Assembly: GCA_013416795.1 (NCBI GenBank)
Contig: RQSC01000020.1
Span: 80,494-90,727 of the forward strand
Source of the DNA: Prasinococcaceae sp. CCMP 1430
Lineage: Eukaryota > Plantae > Prasinodermophyta
Reading direction: 5' to 3'
Length of the DNA: 10,234 nt
How positions within the stretch are numbered: the stretch's first letter is position 1; the number at the start of each line of letters is the position of its first letter. Under the pieces are notes generated by a model, which ran no database searches, was not told where the DNA came from, and saw only the letters and a program-made list of their open reading frames with translations. Below are positions 7,101 through 10,234 of the stretch, one piece after another. The position numbers and the translations under genes were made by a program.

Positions 7101-7356
7101 CCTCGAGCGATACGCGCAGGCCGCGAAGGACCTCGCCGAGGAGGCCGAGGGCGCGCACGACACGTGGGACGGCGAGGAAGAGGAGGGCTGCGCCGACCAG
7201 GGTGAATTGGCGCAGGCTGACGTCAGCGCTGAAGTCGGCCAGGGGGTCCTCGCCGCCATCAGGGCGGGCGTGCCGGCAAACAAAGCGCTCAAGGAGAAGG
7301 TCGCCGAAGCCGGCCAACGCTTCCCATCGTTGGCAGCGCTCTCGTCGCAGCTGTGA
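4135..7356 (+). CDS. Importin-beta family karyopherin (HEAT/ARM repeats, importin-7/8-related, PLANTKAP-like). In-frame TAG at 4249-4251, so the true 5' structure is uncertain
   Basis: Uninterrupted frame 4252-7356 ending TGA (the track's 4279 start is a GTG). Motifs match my recollection of Arabidopsis At3g17340/PLANTKAP: W..LV.DL..A...S.L, KP(Y/F)QYFL, LV.RH, GW.LLS.H, W.ED..EF.R..LP, AA.NL...A..KGPP...KRKKG, PLR.AAA..L..LLE, PP.W, and an acidic tail ending EETEEEFLERYA. The same frame continues upstream of the TAG to ATG 4135 with coding-like codons. Confidence 0.88.
7006..7098 (+). repeat. Coding acidic low-complexity tract (EEEEEMDDEDEDDDDYDDDEEEEEEEETEEE), including (GAG)8 at 7063-7086
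   Basis: Read directly. Acidic C-terminal segments are typical of importin-7/8-type karyopherins. Confidence 0.9.
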
Positions 7357-7464
7357 GCAGCGGCCGACAGAGGAAAGCTTCATTCGCGCCGCCCGGCCGC
7401 ACTGCTGCGCTGCTCGCCGCCGTTGCGCGTGACGACGACTGTAGTGCTAGTGACTCGAATAAGT

Positions 7465-7469
7465 TTACA
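7465..7469 (-). promoter_or_regulatory. Candidate TGTAA polyadenylation signal for the Tcp11-family gene
   Basis: ttaca on the plus strand is TGTAA on the minus strand, about 280 nt past the stop at 7749. UGUAA is the established near-upstream poly(A) element of chlorophyte algae. Confidence 0.45.
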
Positions 7470-7748
7470 ATACGTTAGTCGGCTGCTCGTGAGGCTGCCC
7501 AGTCGTGAGTCTCGGTACAAACTGAAGTACAAGCGAAGAAGTGTGTCGCGAGCGTTCCTCTACGAGCGGAGGGGTGTCTCGCCCAGAGGCTAAGGTAGCT
7601 ACATGGTACCTGTACAAGAAAATCCATCGGACGATGTGGTCGCACCTACTGCTCCACGGGCCCAGCAATCGTGGGAGCACGAAGGAGTACAATGAGAGCC
7701 GCACGAAGAGTGCTCAGACGATCCGCGCAGGCAGGGCTGACAAGCTGA

Positions 7749-10232
7749 TCACATCTCGCCCTCGCTCTCGGATCCCTCGCTCGCGGCTATGTCCTCCGCC
7801 GCGAGAAGCGAGGCGTACGTGCGCCCGTGCACGGCGAGCTGCACGCGCGCGATGCTCTCGAGCTGGGCCGCAGCAACGCCCACCTCCTCTGCCAGGACCG
7901 CACCCTCGGCCGTCGACGCACCAACAGACGCCAGGGCACAGCAGGCCGCCTCCATGCCGGCCACAGGGCCCAGCGCAAGCACGGCGCGCGCGGCGGCTCG
8001 CACCGCATCGACGCACCGCTTGGCGATGGCGCCGCCGGCGAGGTGATGCGACAGGAGCCGCGCTATCATGCCGGTGGATGTCCCGGACTCGTTCTCGTCC
8101 ACCGCGAGCGCAAGCTCACGGGCGACATCCTCGAGCACCACGCCGCTGTCGGCACCGGCGGCGGGCCCACGCAGCAACGCCATCGCGCGAGAGGCTGCAG
8201 CTCCCATTGCCTCCGCCGGCAGCGCGGGCTTGCGCAAAGCGGCGCGCGCCTGCTTCGCAGCGAGCAGAGCTGCCGCAAGGCACACGCACCGCCGCAACGC
8301 CTCCGCCGACTGGAGCATGCGCAGCGCCTCGTACTCGAGTGTCTCTGGAATGAGCGCGTGCTGCTCCTCGCAGAGCTCCACGGGTTTGTCGAGAGCGCTG
8401 ACGAGCTCCTCCGCCGCGTCGCTTCCACTGCCATCCTTCCCCTCTCGCGGGCGGAGCGCGGTGAGCATGCCCATGGCCATCTCCACGAGCCCGATGCGTA
8501 GCGGGCCCGCGGCGCACTCCCACCAGGTGTCATGGGCCGCCTCGGCGGGGCGCGAGTGCGCCGCGCCCGCGCTGCGCGCGCTCAGCCGCCGCAGCTGGCC
8601 GTAGGACATCGCCCGCCCGCTCTGAATGTGCTGTGGCACCGCAGCGCGCGCAGCTGCGGCGGCCTGCAGGCTGGCGCGCGCCTCGGTGGCGGCTGCGCGA
8701 GAGGAGCGTATCCACGCGAGCGACGTTGGCAGCGCCTGTGCGGGCGACCTGTGCGCGGCGTCCGACGCCGCGGACGAGGCGCGGCGGCGCAAGGAGGCGG
8801 CGCGCGATGCGGGCGAATATGCCATGCGCGAGGACGGAGGCGGCGACTCAGGGTCTGTGCCTTCCGCGTCGTCGGCGTCGTCGGCTTCCTGCGCAAGGCT
8901 GTGCTCTTCGGCGAAGTGCGAGCGCACGTATGAGGCGCCGGCGCCGGGGCCCAGCGCGGCTGCCAGCGCTCCAAGGCCGGCGTTGGCGGCGTCCACGGCG
9001 ATGGCGCACGCTGCGCGGTGCAGCACCTCGAAGAGCGAGGCAACTGCGTCGGCCGCGTCGGTGCACCCACTCACCTGGCAGAGGGCGGCTTCGATCTCCG
9101 CCTCGCGGACGGGCGCGCCCAGCCCGATGATCGTGGCGCTCGCGCGGTCCGCGTAGGGCGTCAGCAGCGCGACCACGTCGGTAGCTCGCTTGATGCCGTC
9201 AGGGCTGCCGTCGGTGCCGGTGTCATTGATCGTATCGACGGAGTCTGGGAGGAGCTCGGCGGCGGCCTTGAGGCCCGCGGCGCACGCCTCGCCTGCGCGG
9301 CCTGCGTTGCCCACCGCCTCAACGGTGGCCTCGCGCACATCCTCGGCGAGCGCGCGCACGTGCTCCGCGGCGCTCGTCGGCGAGGGAGCGCCGCGAAGCG
9401 CCGCGGCGATGGTGGCACGTGTGGCGCGCCGCGCGGTGGCCAGCACGCGCGCGCCGCGCCCGCCCAGGAGCGCATTGGTGCCGCTCTCCTCGGTGTTTTC
9501 CTCCGACTCGCGCAGGATCACAGGCGACGGCAGGCGGAAGTCCGAGTCGTGCAGCAGCTCGTAGATCATGCGCGCACGCGGCACGTGCCCCAGCCCGGGC
9601 ACGTTGATGCCGCTGTCGCGCCCGCCGCCGTCGGCTCTCCCTGCGGCGGCGCGGGCGCCGCCCTCGGCGCGCTCGCGCGCGACGGTGGCCTCGGCGGCGC
9701 GCGTGGCCTCCCCGACGGCCGCGTCGAAGCGCGCGGCGCCGGCGGCCCCGCCAACGTTGAGCGCCTTGGAGCGCAGCATCGCCACGTCAGCGCGCGCGCC
9801 GTCGGCGAGCGCGCGCAGGTCGGAGGCCTCGTGCATGTCGGCCGTGGAACGCCCGTTGAGCTTGAGCGTCGCGCTGGCCGAGATGGTGCACGCGGCGCGC
9901 GTGAGGTCCGCCTCGAGCGCCGCCGCGTCGGCGCGCTTCCACGCGTCGAACGCGGCGAGGAAGGCTGCCCAGTGCGCCTCAAAGGCCGCCGCCGCGCGCG
10001 CGCCGGGGATGAGGTCGCGCAGCGCTGCCACCAGTCCTGCCGCGGCGGCCGCCAGCGCCTCGCGCGCCTCGGCGTTGGCCTCGCCGCCCATCACCGCCTC
10101 GGGCGCGCCTACGATCATGTACGCCGACAGCAGCACGCGCGTCGGGTGCCACTCGGGCTGCGGGCGCAGCGCCGCTGACAGCCCGCCGCGGCGCGGCGCG
10201 GCCGAGGAGCTCCCGGCTGCGCCGTGCTGCGC
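7749..10232 (-). CDS. T-complex protein 11 (Tcp11/SOK1 family) protein, 5'-partial (runs off the window end)
   Basis: The frame stays open from the window edge (AQHGAAG...PEWHPTRVLLSAYMIVGAPEAV). Hallmarks I recall from plant Tcp11 proteins: (Y/H)P.RV.L.AYMI.G.P.AV, W..(F/Y)L..F..WK..DA..LE.DL.RAAC, YELLHD..F, IPETL, and C-terminal VHG..Y. The track's 10136 start is an internal GTG. Stop TGA at 7749-7751. Confidence 0.87.
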   Translation of the reverse strand, partial: AQHGAAGSSSAAPRRGGLSAALRPQPEWHPTRVLLSAYMIVGAPEAVMGGEANAEAREALAAAAAGLVAALRDLIPGARAAAAFEAHWAAFLAAFDAWKRADAAALEADLTRAACTISASATLKLNGRSTADMHEASDLRALADGARADVAMLRSKALNVGGAAGAARFDAAVGEATRAAEATVARERAEGGARAAAGRADGGGRDSGINVPGLGHVPRARMIYELLHDSDFRLPSPVILRESEENTEESGTNALLGGRGARVLATARRATRATIAAALRGAPSPTSAAEHVRALAEDVREATVEAVGNAGRAGEACAAGLKAAAELLPDSVDTINDTGTDGSPDGIKRATDVVALLTPYADRASATIIGLGAPVREAEIEAALCQVSGCTDAADAVASLFEVLHRAACAIAVDAANAGLGALAAALGPGAGASYVRSHFAEEHSLAQEADDADDAEGTDPESPPPSSRMAYSPASRAASLRRRASSAASDAAHRSPAQALPTSLAWIRSSRAAATEARASLQAAAAARAAVPQHIQSGRAMSYGQLRRLSARSAGAAHSRPAEAAHDTWWECAAGPLRIGLVEMAMGMLTALRPREGKDGSGSDAAEELVSALDKPVELCEEQHALIPETLEYEALRMLQSAEALRRCVCLAAALLAAKQARAALRKPALPAEAMGAAASRAMALLRGPAAGADSGVVLEDVARELALAVDENESGTSTGMIARLLSHHLAGGAIAKRCVDAVRAAARAVLALGPVAGMEAACCALASVGASTAEGAVLAEEVGVAAAQLESIARVQLAVHGRTYASLLAAEDIAASEGSESEGEM

Positions 10233-10234
10233 GC

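Overview
Very GC-rich (~70% by eye), CpG-rich eukaryotic nuclear DNA, most consistent with a compact green-lineage (prasinophyte-like) algal genome; the species cannot be identified from this window. Three long, apparently intron-free genes are supported. (1) A minus-strand mitochondrial pyruvate carrier (2705-3565) in which an MPC1-like and an MPC2-like domain are fused in one polypeptide through a hydrophobic linker. (2) A divergently transcribed importin-beta/karyopherin resembling the plant PLANTKAP type (ATG 4135 to 7356). It has an in-frame TAG at 4249-4251 and seems to lack most of the N-terminal Ran-binding region. (3) A convergent, 5'-truncated T-complex protein 11 (Tcp11) family gene (7749 to the window end). 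Bases 1-2700 contain no recognisable gene. They hold (CG)n, GGGA and (AC)n repeats, repeated AT-containing motifs and weak hints of an unannotated spliced plus-strand gene or gene remnant. No rRNA, tRNA, CRISPR array or transposase was found. All family assignments come from remembered motifs, not database searches.
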